Below are positions 49,678-58,986 of a stretch of DNA of 64,000 nt, in pieces. Position 1 is the stretch's first letter. Each line of letters begins with the position of its first letter. Origin of the DNA: Steroidobacteraceae bacterium (GTDB taxonomy: Bacteria > Pseudomonadota > Gammaproteobacteria > Steroidobacterales > Steroidobacteraceae). The notes beneath the pieces are model-generated. The model was given only the letters and a program-made list of their open reading frames with translations. It was not told where the DNA came from and did not search any database. Location: positions 108,012 through 172,011 of the forward strand of contig JBFXFJ010000005.1 in the NCBI GenBank assembly GCA_050179155.1, in the 5' to 3' direction. Both the position numbers and the translations under genes were made by a program.

Positions 49678-50954
49678 ACCCGAAGCCCGCGCACAGCTGG
49701 TACGAGGCAACTGCCCGGCGACCGGCACCTGCGCCCGCACTCGCCGGCGACACGGATGCAGATGTGTGCGTGGTCGGCGCCGGGATCGCGGGGTGCTCGG
49801 CCGCCCTGCACCTGGCGGAGCGCGGCTATCGCGTCGTGCTGCTCGAGGCAGAGCGCGTGGGATTCGGCGGCTCGGGGCGCTCGGGCGGGCAGCTGATCCC
49901 GGGTTATGCGAGCGGCCAGGCGAAACTCGCCGCGCAGATCGGCAAGGCCGACACGCGGCGGCTGTGGGATTTCACGGTCGAGGGCGTTGACCTCGTACGC
50001 GATCGCGTCGCGCGCCATCGCATCGACTGCGACCTGGCCTGGGGCCACGTGCACGCCGCCATCAAGCCGCGCCAGCGCGATGAGCTGAAGGAGTGGCAGC
50101 GCGAGCAGGAGGACGAATTCGGATATCAGTCCCTTCGCTTTCTTGAGCGCGCTGAAGTCGAGGACTGGATCGCAAGCAAGCGCTACTGCGCGGGCCTCTA
50201 CGACAGCCGGTCAGGCCACCTGCACCCGTTGAATTTCACGCTCGGCCTCGCCACGGCGGCGCAGGCGGCGGGCGTGCGCCTGTACGAGAACAGCCAGGTC
50301 ACGGCCATCGAATGCGGACCGGTCGTCACGGTGCGCACCGCCACCGGCTCCGTGCGCGCGAAGCACGTGGCGCTCTGTGCCAACATCGGCCACGGCGGAT
50401 TCGCGCCGGCACTTGCGCGCAAGACCATCGGCATTGCCTCCTACATCGTCGCGACGCAGCCGCTTGGCGCCGAGCGCGCCCGGGCGCTGCTTCGCGACAA
50501 CATCGCGGTCGCGGACATCAACTGGATCATCGATTACTACCGGCTGTCCGCGGATAACCGCCTGTTGTTCGGCGGGCGCGTGAGTTACTCAGGGATCGAC
50601 CCGATCGGCACCGAGCGCGCGACGCGCCAGCGCATGCTGAACGTGTTCCCGCAGCTGGCGGATGCGGAGGTCGAGTACTCCTGGGGCGGCATCATCGACA
50701 TCTCGATGAATCGCGCGCCGCATTTCGGCCGGCTCGAGCCGAACATCTATTTCCTGCAGGGCTTCTCCGGGCACGGCATGGTGCTGACCGGCATCGCCGG
50801 AAAGATCGTCGCGGAGACGATCGCGGGCCAGGCCGAGCGCTTCGACATCTATGCGCGCCTCAAGCACCACGATTTCCCCGGCGGAATGCTGCTGCGCCGG
50901 CCGACGCTGGTGCTCGCAATGCTGTGGTTCCGGCTCAGGGACCTGCTGCCCTGA
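49674..50954 (+). CDS. puuB: FAD-dependent oxidoreductase, gamma-glutamylputrescine oxidase-like
   Basis: The ATG at 49674 overlaps the upstream stop (ATGA). Dinucleotide fold [22 protein letters not shown]; DAO family. Confidence 0.8.
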   Translation: MNPKPAHSWYEATARRPAPAPALAGDTDADVCVVGAGIAGCSAALHLAERGYRVVLLEAERVGFGGSGRSGGQLIPGYASGQAKLAAQIGKADTRRLWDFTVEGVDLVRDRVARHRIDCDLAWGHVHAAIKPRQRDELKEWQREQEDEFGYQSLRFLERAEVEDWIASKRYCAGLYDSRSGHLHPLNFTLGLATAAQAAGVRLYENSQVTAIECGPVVTVRTATGSVRAKHVALCANIGHGGFAPALARKTIGIASYIVATQPLGAERARALLRDNIAVADINWIIDYYRLSADNRLLFGGRVSYSGIDPIGTERATRQRMLNVFPQLADAEVEYSWGGIIDISMNRAPHFGRLEPNIYFLQGFSGHGMVLTGIAGKIVAETIAGQAERFDIYARLKHHDFPGGMLLRRPTLVLAMLWFRLRDLLP

Positions 50955-51039
50955 CCGGGCCGCCCCCGCGACCGTCTGGCACAGTGATCGCGTTGCAGGC
51001 ATCCTACGCACGCTTCATCGGACTCGGAGATCACTGAAC

Positions 51040-52737
51040 ATGGCGACCAAGGCGGGCGGCGGCGCACTCAGCAACATCGAGATCGCCCAGCGGGCGAAGA
51101 TGAAGCCCATCGTCCCGCTGGCCGTGGAACGCCTCGGGATTCCCGCCGAACATCTGCAGCCCTTCGGCCACTACAAGGCCAAGATCTCGCTCGACTATTG
51201 CAACCAGCTCGACGGGCGCACCGACGGCAAGCTCATCCTGGTGACCGCGATCTCGCCGACGCCCGCCGGCGAGGGAAAGACGACGATGACCGTCGGCCTC
51301 GGCGACGCCCTCAGCCGCCTCGGCAAGAAGGCACTCATCTGCCTGCGCGAACCGGCGCTCGGGCCGGTGTTCGGCATGAAGGGTGGCGCGGCCGGCGGCG
51401 GCTATGCGCAGGTCGTGCCGATGGAGGACATCAACCTGCATTTCACCGGCGACTTCGGGGCGATCGCGATCGCGAACAACCTGCTCGCCGCGCTGATCGA
51501 CAACCACATCTACCACGGCAACGCGCTCAACTTCGACACGCGGCGCGTCAGCTGGCGCCGCGTGGTCGACGTCAACGATCGCGCGCTGCGCGAGATCACC
51601 ATTGGCCTCGGCGGGCCCGGCAACGGCTTCCCGCGCCAGGACGGCTTCGACATCGTCGTGGCCTCGGAGGTCATGGCGATCTTCTGCCTCGCGACCAGCC
51701 TCAGGGACCTCAAGGACCGGCTGGGCCGGATCGTCGTCGGCTGCACGCGCGACCAGAAGCCGATCCTGGCGCGCGATCTCAAGGCCCATGGCGCGATGGC
51801 GGCCGTGCTGAAGGACGCGTTCGCGCCGAACCTGGTGCAGACGCTGGAGAACAACCCGGCATTCATCCACGGCGGCCCGTTTGCCAACATCGCGCACGGC
51901 TGCAACTCGGTGATGGCGACGCGCACGGCCCTGAAGCTCGCGGACTACGTCGTGACCGAGGCGGGATTCGGCGCCGACCTCGGGGCCGAGAAGTTCGTTG
52001 ACATCAAATGCCGCAAGGCGGGCCTCAGGCCCTCGGCCGCGGTGATCGTCGCGACCGTGCGCGCCATCAAGTACCACGGCGGCGTCGAGGTCGCGGACCT
52101 CAGCAAGGAAAACATGAAGGCGCTCGAGGCCGGGATCGCCAACCTCGACCGGCACATCGACAACGTGCGCGACGTGTTCGGCCTGCCCTGCCTGGTCGCG
52201 ATCAACCACCGCGCCGACGACAGCGAGGCGGAACTACGCTGGCTGACGGACCGGGCCATGCACCACGGCGTGAAAGTGATGGTCGCGCGGCATTACGCCG
52301 AGGGCGGCGCGGGCGCGATCGAGGTCGCGAAGGAAGTCGTCCGCCTCTGCGAGCAGCCCAACTACTTCAAGTTCGTGTACGACGACAGCGCCACGCTGTG
52401 GGACAAGATGAAGGCGGTCGCGACGCGCATCTATGGCGCCTCGGAGGTGACCGCCGACAGCAAGGTCCGGGCGCGCATCCGCCAGCTGCAGGACGCGGGC
52501 TACGGTAATTACCCGGTGTGCGTGGCGAAAACGCAGTATTCGTTCTCGACCGACCCGAAGCTGCGCGGCGCACCGACCGGGCACTCCGTCAACATCCGCG
52601 AGGTCCGCCTCGCCGCCGGCGCCGAGTTCCTGGTCATGATTTGCGGCGACATCATGACCATGCCCGGCCTGCCCGCGGTGCCGGCTGCCAACAACATCGA
52701 CGTGGACGACAACGGCCGGATCACCGGCCTGTTCTGA
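51040..52737 (+). CDS. fhs: formate--tetrahydrofolate ligase
   Basis: Start at the ATG at 51040. Motifs [30 protein letters not shown] and [12 protein letters not shown]. Confidence 0.95.
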   Translation: MATKAGGGALSNIEIAQRAKMKPIVPLAVERLGIPAEHLQPFGHYKAKISLDYCNQLDGRTDGKLILVTAISPTPAGEGKTTMTVGLGDALSRLGKKALICLREPALGPVFGMKGGAAGGGYAQVVPMEDINLHFTGDFGAIAIANNLLAALIDNHIYHGNALNFDTRRVSWRRVVDVNDRALREITIGLGGPGNGFPRQDGFDIVVASEVMAIFCLATSLRDLKDRLGRIVVGCTRDQKPILARDLKAHGAMAAVLKDAFAPNLVQTLENNPAFIHGGPFANIAHGCNSVMATRTALKLADYVVTEAGFGADLGAEKFVDIKCRKAGLRPSAAVIVATVRAIKYHGGVEVADLSKENMKALEAGIANLDRHIDNVRDVFGLPCLVAINHRADDSEAELRWLTDRAMHHGVKVMVARHYAEGGAGAIEVAKEVVRLCEQPNYFKFVYDDSATLWDKMKAVATRIYGASEVTADSKVRARIRQLQDAGYGNYPVCVAKTQYSFSTDPKLRGAPTGHSVNIREVRLAAGAEFLVMICGDIMTMPGLPAVPAANNIDVDDNGRITGLF

Positions 52738-53347
52738 GCGCGACCCGGTCGATCCATTCCTCACACAGCGCGATCGCCTCGGCAGGCCGGAAGCCCTTCG
52801 GGTCCAGGCACCACTCGAGCCACAATCCATCGAGCAGCGCTGTCAGGCCGATCGTCGCGACGCGCGCGCGGCTCGCCGGTCGCGCCCGCTGCTTCAGTAA
52901 ATCGCGGAGCAAAAGGCCGGGCAATGCGCCATAGCCGCGGCCCTCTTCCCGGTGCGCGCGGCGAATCTCCGGCGACTGCCGGAACAGCCCCCAGAAAACG
53001 ACCCAGGCAGTCAGCACTCTCGGATCCAGGTTGGGGCGTGCGAACACCGCTTCGATGAACGCCGAGAGGCGCGCGCGCGGATCGCGCGGTGCGCGCTCGA
53101 CCGCCGCCTGGAACCCAGCCGCAAGCTGGCGGCTGAACTGGCGGTAGCTCGCCGCCACCAGCGCATCCTTGTTGGGAAAGTGATGGTTGATCAGCCCGAT
53201 CGAAACCCCGGCCTGCGCGGCAATGCGCCGCACCGACAACCCCTCGTGGCCATGCCGCTTCAGGCTCCCGATCGTGGCCTCGACCAGCGCCTGGCGGCGC
53301 TCGTCCGCGCTGCGGCGCGCATACCGCCGTTTCCCGGCCGCGCTCAT
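52721..53347 (-). CDS. TetR/AcrR family regulator (BetI-like N-terminus)
   Basis: HTH region [28 protein letters not shown]. Its start overlaps the stop of the upstream flavoprotein gene (ATGA). Confidence 0.85.
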   Translation of the reverse strand: MSAAGKRRYARRSADERRQALVEATIGSLKRHGHEGLSVRRIAAQAGVSIGLINHHFPNKDALVAASYRQFSRQLAAGFQAAVERAPRDPRARLSAFIEAVFARPNLDPRVLTAWVVFWGLFRQSPEIRRAHREEGRGYGALPGLLLRDLLKQRARPASRARVATIGLTALLDGLWLEWCLDPKGFRPAEAIALCEEWIDRVALRTGR

Positions 53348-54903
53348 GGCTTCTGCAGTGCGCGCGCCGCGAGCAGCCCCGACAGGCCGGTGAGTCCCGG
53401 GCCCGGATGCGTGCCCGCGCCGCAGAGGAAAAGCCCTGGCAATGGCATCGCGTGGCGCGCATGGCCCGCCACCGGGCGCATGAAGAGCAACTGGTCGAGC
53501 GCGACTTCGCCACGCGAGACGGCGCCTTCGGGCAGGCCGAACCGTGCCTCGAGGTCGCGGGGGCAGAGCACGGCGCGGTGCATGATGCGCGACGCGAATC
53601 CGGGCACTTCACGCTCGACGGCGGCGACGGCGCCATCGGCCATGGCCTCGCGTGCCCCGGCCCATTCGCCGTCGCGCAGCTCCCAGGGCGTGTACTGCAC
53701 GCGCAACATCGCCACCTGCTTGCCGGACGGCGCGAGGCCCGGCTGCGTGACGCTCGGGAAGCGCAGCTCGATCACCGGCTCGCGCGAGACGCGCCCGTAT
53801 TTCGCGTCATCGTGCGCCCGCTCCACGTGTCGCACCGACGGCGCGATCCAGAAGCTGCCGGCCGGCGGCCCGGCGCAGCCCGGGATCGCAGGCAGGCCAT
53901 CGAGCCCCAGCAATACGATGCTCGTGACGCCGCGGTGGCGGATATGGCGCACGGCATCGATGAATTCCGTGTCGAGATGCAGCGGGTCCAGCAGTTCGAG
54001 CAGCGTGCGGCCGACGCCGGCGCCGGAGACCACGTTCCGGCAGGCGATTTCCTCGCCCGAAGCGAGCGCTACGCCGGCGATGCGATCCTCGCGCACCAGG
54101 ATCCGGCGCACCTCGGCGCCTGTTTCAATTTGCGCGCCAGCGGCCCGCGCCCGGTCCGCGAGCGCCGTGACCAGCGCGATGCCGCCCGTCTGCAGGCGCA
54201 GGCGATCGCCGAACACACCGGGTGCGGCGCCAACCTGGCGGTGCAGGAGCGCGAGCGCGGTGCCGCCGCCCATCGGTCCCTGCGGCAGGTCGGCCGTGCC
54301 GATCGCCGCGAGCAGGCCCTTGAGGCGGTCGTTCTCGAACCAGTCGTCGAGCAGGTCCGCAAGCGCAATCGGCAGCGTGTGCAGGAACTCGGTCATGCCG
54401 CGGCGGCCCAGCGCGCGATAGCGCAGGCCAAGGCCCGCGAGCGACATCAGCTCGCCGCGGCCCGTCGCTTCGAGCGCGAGAGCCGGGCGGCGGAGCAGCT
54501 CTCCCAGGAAGCCCGCGAGCGCGTGCATCTCGGCAGCGAATGCCGGCCAGGCCGCGGCATCCTTCGCCGAGAAGCGCTGCAGCCCTGCCGCGGTCGCGGC
54601 GGGCGTGCGGCCGATGGCGAGCGGCCCGCCCTCCGCGAGGGCGACGGCGCAGGGATCGGGCGCGACGGCGGCGGGCAGCACGGCTCCCGTCGCGCGCAGC
54701 ACGTCCTCGTGCACGTGGCCGAGGTCGGCAGCGAGCGGTGCGGCACGGAACTTCGGCGCGAACTCGATCTCGCGCAGCGTGCCGCCAGGTTCATGCGCGG
54801 CCTCGAGCACGAGCACGCGCTGCCGGGCGCGCGCGAGCATCGTGGCCGCCACCAGCCCGTCCGCGCTCGCGCCGATCACGATGCTGTCGAAATCACGGCT
54901 CAC
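53344..54903 (-). CDS. NAD(P)/FAD-dependent oxidoreductase, phytoene desaturase (CrtI)/amine oxidase-like
   Basis: GTG start; FDSIVIGASADGLVAATMLARARQRVLVLE...PGG; C-terminal LFLCGAGTHPGPG. Confidence 0.75.
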   Translation of the reverse strand: MSRDFDSIVIGASADGLVAATMLARARQRVLVLEAAHEPGGTLREIEFAPKFRAAPLAADLGHVHEDVLRATGAVLPAAVAPDPCAVALAEGGPLAIGRTPAATAAGLQRFSAKDAAAWPAFAAEMHALAGFLGELLRRPALALEATGRGELMSLAGLGLRYRALGRRGMTEFLHTLPIALADLLDDWFENDRLKGLLAAIGTADLPQGPMGGGTALALLHRQVGAAPGVFGDRLRLQTGGIALVTALADRARAAGAQIETGAEVRRILVREDRIAGVALASGEEIACRNVVSGAGVGRTLLELLDPLHLDTEFIDAVRHIRHRGVTSIVLLGLDGLPAIPGCAGPPAGSFWIAPSVRHVERAHDDAKYGRVSREPVIELRFPSVTQPGLAPSGKQVAMLRVQYTPWELRDGEWAGAREAMADGAVAAVEREVPGFASRIMHRAVLCPRDLEARFGLPEGAVSRGEVALDQLLFMRPVAGHARHAMPLPGLFLCGAGTHPGPGLTGLSGLLAARALQKP

Positions 54904-54950
54904 TACGACGCCTCTGTTGCAGACTGCGGCCGGCGAGCGCGGGATCCGGC

Positions 54951-55006
54951 GGGGTTCCTCGCTCGCAAACTCCGCCGGAACTCACGAGTTTGCTCGCGAG
55001 GACCCC
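54951..55006. other. extended intergenic hairpin
   Basis: The arms ggggttcctcgctcgcaaactc and gagtttgctcgcgaggacccc pair over about 19 bp, with one bulge, a 2x2 internal loop and a 13-nt loop. It sits in the 257-nt spacer between the two flavoprotein genes. Confidence 0.4.
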
Positions 55007-55159
55007 GCCACCTCGCGCACGCCGGCCGAAACGGTGTCACCGGCAGCGCCCGCACGCCGCGCGCGGCCGGGATCCTGCGAGCGAGCGCGTAAGTTCGGGC
55101 GGCGCGAGCGAGCAGGGATCGCGGCCGCGATGCGCGGGCGCGGATGCTGCGGCACTGGC

Positions 55160-56743
55160 TCATGAGTCCGCCAGGATGCGCTGCGCGGCCAGCTTTCCGG
55201 GTGCGCCCATCACGCCACCGCCCGGGTGCGTGGACGAACCGCACTGGTAGTAGCCGGCGATCGGCGTCCGGTAGCCCGCCCAGCGCACCGCCGGGCGCAG
55301 GAAGAAGAGCTGCTGCAGCGCCAGCTCACCCTGGAAGATGTTGCCCTCGGACAGCCCGGTCGTCGCCTCGATGTCGGCGGGCGTCAGCACCTGCCGGTGC
55401 AGGATCGCGGACTTCAGGTTGGGCGCGTACTCCGCGAGCGTGTCCACCACGGCATCGCCGAAAGCCTCGCGCTTCGCGTCGTCCCATCCGCCGTCGATGT
55501 GGTACGGCGCGTACTGCACGAAGATGCTGGCGACGTGGCGCCCGGGAGGCGCCATGCCAGGGTCGATCATCGACGGGAAGACGATATCCATGTACGGCCG
55601 GCGCGAGAATCCGCCGTGCTTCGCGTCGTCGTAGGCTCGCTCGAGATAATCGACGCTCGGACTGATCGAGAATGCGCCGCGGTGGTGCACGCCGACGCCG
55701 GGCATGCAGGTGAAGTCCGGCAGTTCCGACAGCGCGAGATTGACCTTGCCCGAAGAGCCGCGGAAACGGAAGCGGCGTACCTGGCGGAGCAGTTCGTCCG
55801 GGAGCTCCCGGCTGTCGACCAGGTCGAGGAAGGTGCGCCGCGCATCGAGTGCGGAAACGACGACCGGCGCGCGGATCTCCTCGCCCGTGTCGAGCACGAC
55901 GCCCATCGCGCGGTGGCCCCGCACCAGCAGCTGCTTCACAGTCGCCGAGGTGCGCAGCACCGCCCCCCGCGCGCGCGCCGCCGCGGCGATCGCGTTGCTG
56001 ATCGTGCCATTGCCGCCCTTGCAGAAACCCCAGGCCCGGTAGGCGCCGTCGATCTCGCCCATGTAATGATGGAGGAGCACGTAGGCGGAGCCCGGCGAGC
56101 GCGGCCCCATGAAGGTTCCGATGATTCCGCTCGCCGCCTTGGTCGCCTTGAGCGGCCCGTATTCGAACCATTCGTCCAGGTAGTCGGACGAGCTCATCGT
56201 CATCAGCTTGTAGAGCGCGTGAAACCGCTCCGCTCCGAGCGACTGCAGGTGGCCGCCGAGCCGGAGCAATCCCTTCAGGTCGCCCGGCGACAGCGAGGTC
56301 GGGTCCGGCGGGATCATGGCGAGGATCGGCTTGACCGCCCGCGCCATGTGCGACATGAGCCGGCCGAACTCGGTGATCGCCTCGGCGTCGAGCGGCGAGT
56401 GCCGGTACAGCTCGCGCCGCGTGAGGTCGGCATCGCCCCACATCGCGTGGTAGTCGCCGTCCGGGAGCGGCGTGACCGTGCTCTCGAGCGGCAGGATCTG
56501 CATGCCATGACGCGGCAGGTCGAGGTCACGGACGATCTCGGGCCGCAGCAGGCTCACCACGTAGGAGTACACCGAGAACGTGAACCCCGGGAACACCTGT
56601 TCGCTCACCGCGGCGCCGCCCAGCAGCTCGCGGCTTTCGAGCACGACGACCTTCTTCCCGGCGCGCGCGAGGTAGGCCGCGTTCACGAGGCCGTTGTGGC
56701 CGCCGCCGATGACGATCGCGTCGTACCGGTTGGCCGTGCTCAC
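55160..56743 (-). CDS. NAD(P)/FAD-dependent oxidoreductase, phytoene desaturase (CrtI)/amine oxidase-like, paralog 2
   Basis: The GTG start at 56743 overlaps the GcvT-like gene's stop (GTGA). YDAIVIGGGHNGLVNAAYLARAGKKVVVLE...LGG; C-terminal YQCGSSTHPGGGV. Confidence 0.75.
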   Translation of the reverse strand: MSTANRYDAIVIGGGHNGLVNAAYLARAGKKVVVLESRELLGGAAVSEQVFPGFTFSVYSYVVSLLRPEIVRDLDLPRHGMQILPLESTVTPLPDGDYHAMWGDADLTRRELYRHSPLDAEAITEFGRLMSHMARAVKPILAMIPPDPTSLSPGDLKGLLRLGGHLQSLGAERFHALYKLMTMSSSDYLDEWFEYGPLKATKAASGIIGTFMGPRSPGSAYVLLHHYMGEIDGAYRAWGFCKGGNGTISNAIAAAARARGAVLRTSATVKQLLVRGHRAMGVVLDTGEEIRAPVVVSALDARRTFLDLVDSRELPDELLRQVRRFRFRGSSGKVNLALSELPDFTCMPGVGVHHRGAFSISPSVDYLERAYDDAKHGGFSRRPYMDIVFPSMIDPGMAPPGRHVASIFVQYAPYHIDGGWDDAKREAFGDAVVDTLAEYAPNLKSAILHRQVLTPADIEATTGLSEGNIFQGELALQQLFFLRPAVRWAGYRTPIAGYYQCGSSTHPGGGVMGAPGKLAAQRILADS

Positions 56744-57942
56744 GCCTTCTTCCTCGGCGGGTCGAAGAACGGCAGCTTGCGCACCCGGGCATGGGCGCGC
56801 AGCCGCCGGTGCTCGACCGTCACCTCGATCTCGACCGGCGTGTCCGCCGCGAAATGGGGCGTGGCGAGATGCGCGAGCACGAGGTATTTCTTCAGGAGCG
56901 GCGACCAGCAGCCGCTCGACGCATAGCCTACCTGCCGGCCCGCGCGGTAGATCGGCACACTGGCGCGCCAGGCGACGGCGGGAATCGCGGGAGCGAGGTC
57001 GACCGCCGCGTACAGCGCCTCGAACGAGTCCCAGTCCACCTCGATGCCCACGAAGCGCCAGGCGGGCCCGCGTTCCTTCTCGGCCAGCAGCGCCCGCCGG
57101 CCGTTGTACGGTGCCTTGTCGAGCGCGACCGACCAGTCGAGCGAGAGTTCGAAGGGCGTGGACTTCTGCGCCTCGATCACCGCGCGAAGGGCGGAGTGAT
57201 AATCGACGTCCAGCATCACCAGGCCCGCCTCGATCCGCGCGACATCGAGCGCCCAGATGCCGGCGGGCATGATGCCGTGCTCGCGGCCTGCGGCCATCAG
57301 CGTATCCCACACCGCAAGCGCACCATCCGCCGGAATCCACAGCTCATAACCGAGATCGCCGGTGTAGCCGGTGCGCGATACCTGGATGTCCACGCCCGCG
57401 ATGCGGTTGTCCATCACATGGAAGTACCCGAGCGCGTCCACCGGGTCGCGTGCGACGGCGTTCAGCACCGCCCTCGACAACGGACCCTGCAGCGCGAGGG
57501 CCCCGAGCGCCTCGGAAACCTCCTCGATCGCGACCTGCATGCCGAAAGCGTTGCGGTGCAGCCAGCGCAGGCACGGTTCCGCCGACGTCAGCCGGTAGCT
57601 CTGCTCGCCGAGCCGGCTGATGGTGCCGTCGTCGATCACCTTGCCGCGCGCGTCGCACCAGCTCGTGTACAGCACCTGGCCCGGCTGCGACTTGCCGACG
57701 TTGCGCGTCGCGACGCGGTCCAGCAGGCGCGTGGCATCGGCGCCGGTGATCCGGTACTTGTACAGCGGCGAGACGTCGATGAGCGCCGCGGCGCTGCGGA
57801 TCGCCGCATACTCGCGGTCGTGCGTGAACTCGTAACAGCTGGCGGCCGCGTAGCCGGACCAGCGGCGCCAGGTCTGCCCCTGGACCAGGCGGGCGGTGCG
57901 CGCGTGGAAGGGCGTGGTCTTGAGGCTGTGCGGAACGCGCAT
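56740..57942 (-). CDS. GcvT-family aminomethyltransferase-like (THF-binding fold) protein
   Basis: 400 aa with motifs AALIDVSPLYKYRITGADA, VSRTGYTGDLGYELW and LEAGL. Confidence 0.8.
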   Translation of the reverse strand: MRVPHSLKTTPFHARTARLVQGQTWRRWSGYAAASCYEFTHDREYAAIRSAAALIDVSPLYKYRITGADATRLLDRVATRNVGKSQPGQVLYTSWCDARGKVIDDGTISRLGEQSYRLTSAEPCLRWLHRNAFGMQVAIEEVSEALGALALQGPLSRAVLNAVARDPVDALGYFHVMDNRIAGVDIQVSRTGYTGDLGYELWIPADGALAVWDTLMAAGREHGIMPAGIWALDVARIEAGLVMLDVDYHSALRAVIEAQKSTPFELSLDWSVALDKAPYNGRRALLAEKERGPAWRFVGIEVDWDSFEALYAAVDLAPAIPAVAWRASVPIYRAGRQVGYASSGCWSPLLKKYLVLAHLATPHFAADTPVEIEVTVEHRRLRAHARVRKLPFFDPPRKKA

Positions 57943-58028
57943 CGGCGGCGGGGTGGACCGGTCCGGACGTTGTTGAACAAGCGTACAGCAGTTGCGGAGA
58001 GGCGGTCAACGCACTGCTTGATTTGCTG

Positions 58029-58044
58029 TTGAACGATCGTTTAA
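58029..58044. promoter_or_regulatory. candidate operator palindrome in the divergent control region
   Basis: ttgAACGATCGTTtaa, with a perfect 10-bp core palindrome at 58032-58041. The word tgttgaac occurs twice (57971 and 58027). Confidence 0.35.
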
Positions 58045-58092
58045 TTTAGCGTCCGGCGCCGGCCGGAAGCGCTGCGGCAAGGCTGGATCACC

Positions 58093-58986
58093 ATGCTCTC
58101 CTCCACCCCGTCCCGCGATCGGCTTTCAGTGCCGGAACGCCAGGCCCTGGCGCAGGCGGTGCATGAGAGCTACATGGAGGTCTTCCCGAGCGCGAGCGTC
58201 GAGCACCGGCTCCAAGTCCTCGAGCCGCGCTCCTACGTCGCGATCACCTGCTCGCCGACGCACGGGGTCGATGCGACCCTGGAACTGACCGGGCGGGTCG
58301 TCCGGCGCGGCTTCCGGGTCGTGCCGCACGTCGCCGCGAAGTCGGTGCGCGACCACGGGCATCTGCGCGATATCGTGCGCCGGCTCGCCGACCTGGGAGT
58401 GGACAGCCTCTTCGTCCCGGGCGGCGATACCGGGCGCCCGCTCGGTCCTTATTCGACCGCCGCGCAACTGTTGCGCGACCTCGCCGCGCTCGATCACCCC
58501 TTCCGGCACATCGGGGTCGCTGCGCACCCCGAAGGCCACCCGTCCGTCGACCCGGAGACGCTGCTGCAGGAACTTGCCGCCAAGCAGGCCTTCGCAAACT
58601 ACCTGGTGACGCAGATGTGCTTCAATGCGTCGGTGCTTGCCGCCTGGCTGCGCCTGATCCGCGCCCGCGGCATCACGATGACGGCATGGATCGGCCTGCC
58701 CGGCGTGTTCGACCGTGCGGCGCTGCTCGCGGCCTCGTTGCGCATCGGCGTCGGCGCTTCCCTGCGGCTGCTGCGCGACCGGGGCCGGCTCATCGGGCGG
58801 CTGTTCGGGCCGAAGGTCTATCGCCCGGATGCGTTCCTGCATGAACTGGCGCCGCAACTGGCCGACCCGGCGCAGGGGATCGCCGGATTCCACATCTTCT
58901 GCTTCAACCGGGTCGAACAGTCGGAGCACTGGCGCCGGCAGTTCGTCGCCGGGCTGCAGCAGGGCCACGCGGTGGCCGCGCCATGA
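58093..58986 (+). CDS. methylenetetrahydrofolate reductase family (MetF-like) protein
   Basis: 297 aa: MEVFPSAS..., YVAITCSP, VPHVAAK, GFHIFCFN. Confidence 0.7.
   Translation: MLSSTPSRDRLSVPERQALAQAVHESYMEVFPSASVEHRLQVLEPRSYVAITCSPTHGVDATLELTGRVVRRGFRVVPHVAAKSVRDHGHLRDIVRRLADLGVDSLFVPGGDTGRPLGPYSTAAQLLRDLAALDHPFRHIGVAAHPEGHPSVDPETLLQELAAKQAFANYLVTQMCFNASVLAAWLRLIRARGITMTAWIGLPGVFDRAALLAASLRIGVGASLRLLRDRGRLIGRLFGPKVYRPDAFLHELAPQLADPAQGIAGFHIFCFNRVEQSEHWRRQFVAGLQQGHAVAAP

Noticed and set aside
50955-51039. A ZTP (pfl) or THF riboswitch upstream of fhs.
   Set aside because: The 85-nt leader contains a CUGGC word but lacks the conserved distal CCGCCUGGGC-type pseudoknot partner. I could see no convincing consensus, though a covariance-model scan would be decisive.
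57943-58092. A glycine riboswitch or cobalamin riboswitch in front of the GcvT-like and MetF-like genes.
   Set aside because: No GGAGAG...ACCGAAGGGGCAA-type glycine aptamer core and no B12-box-like sequence is visible on either strand.
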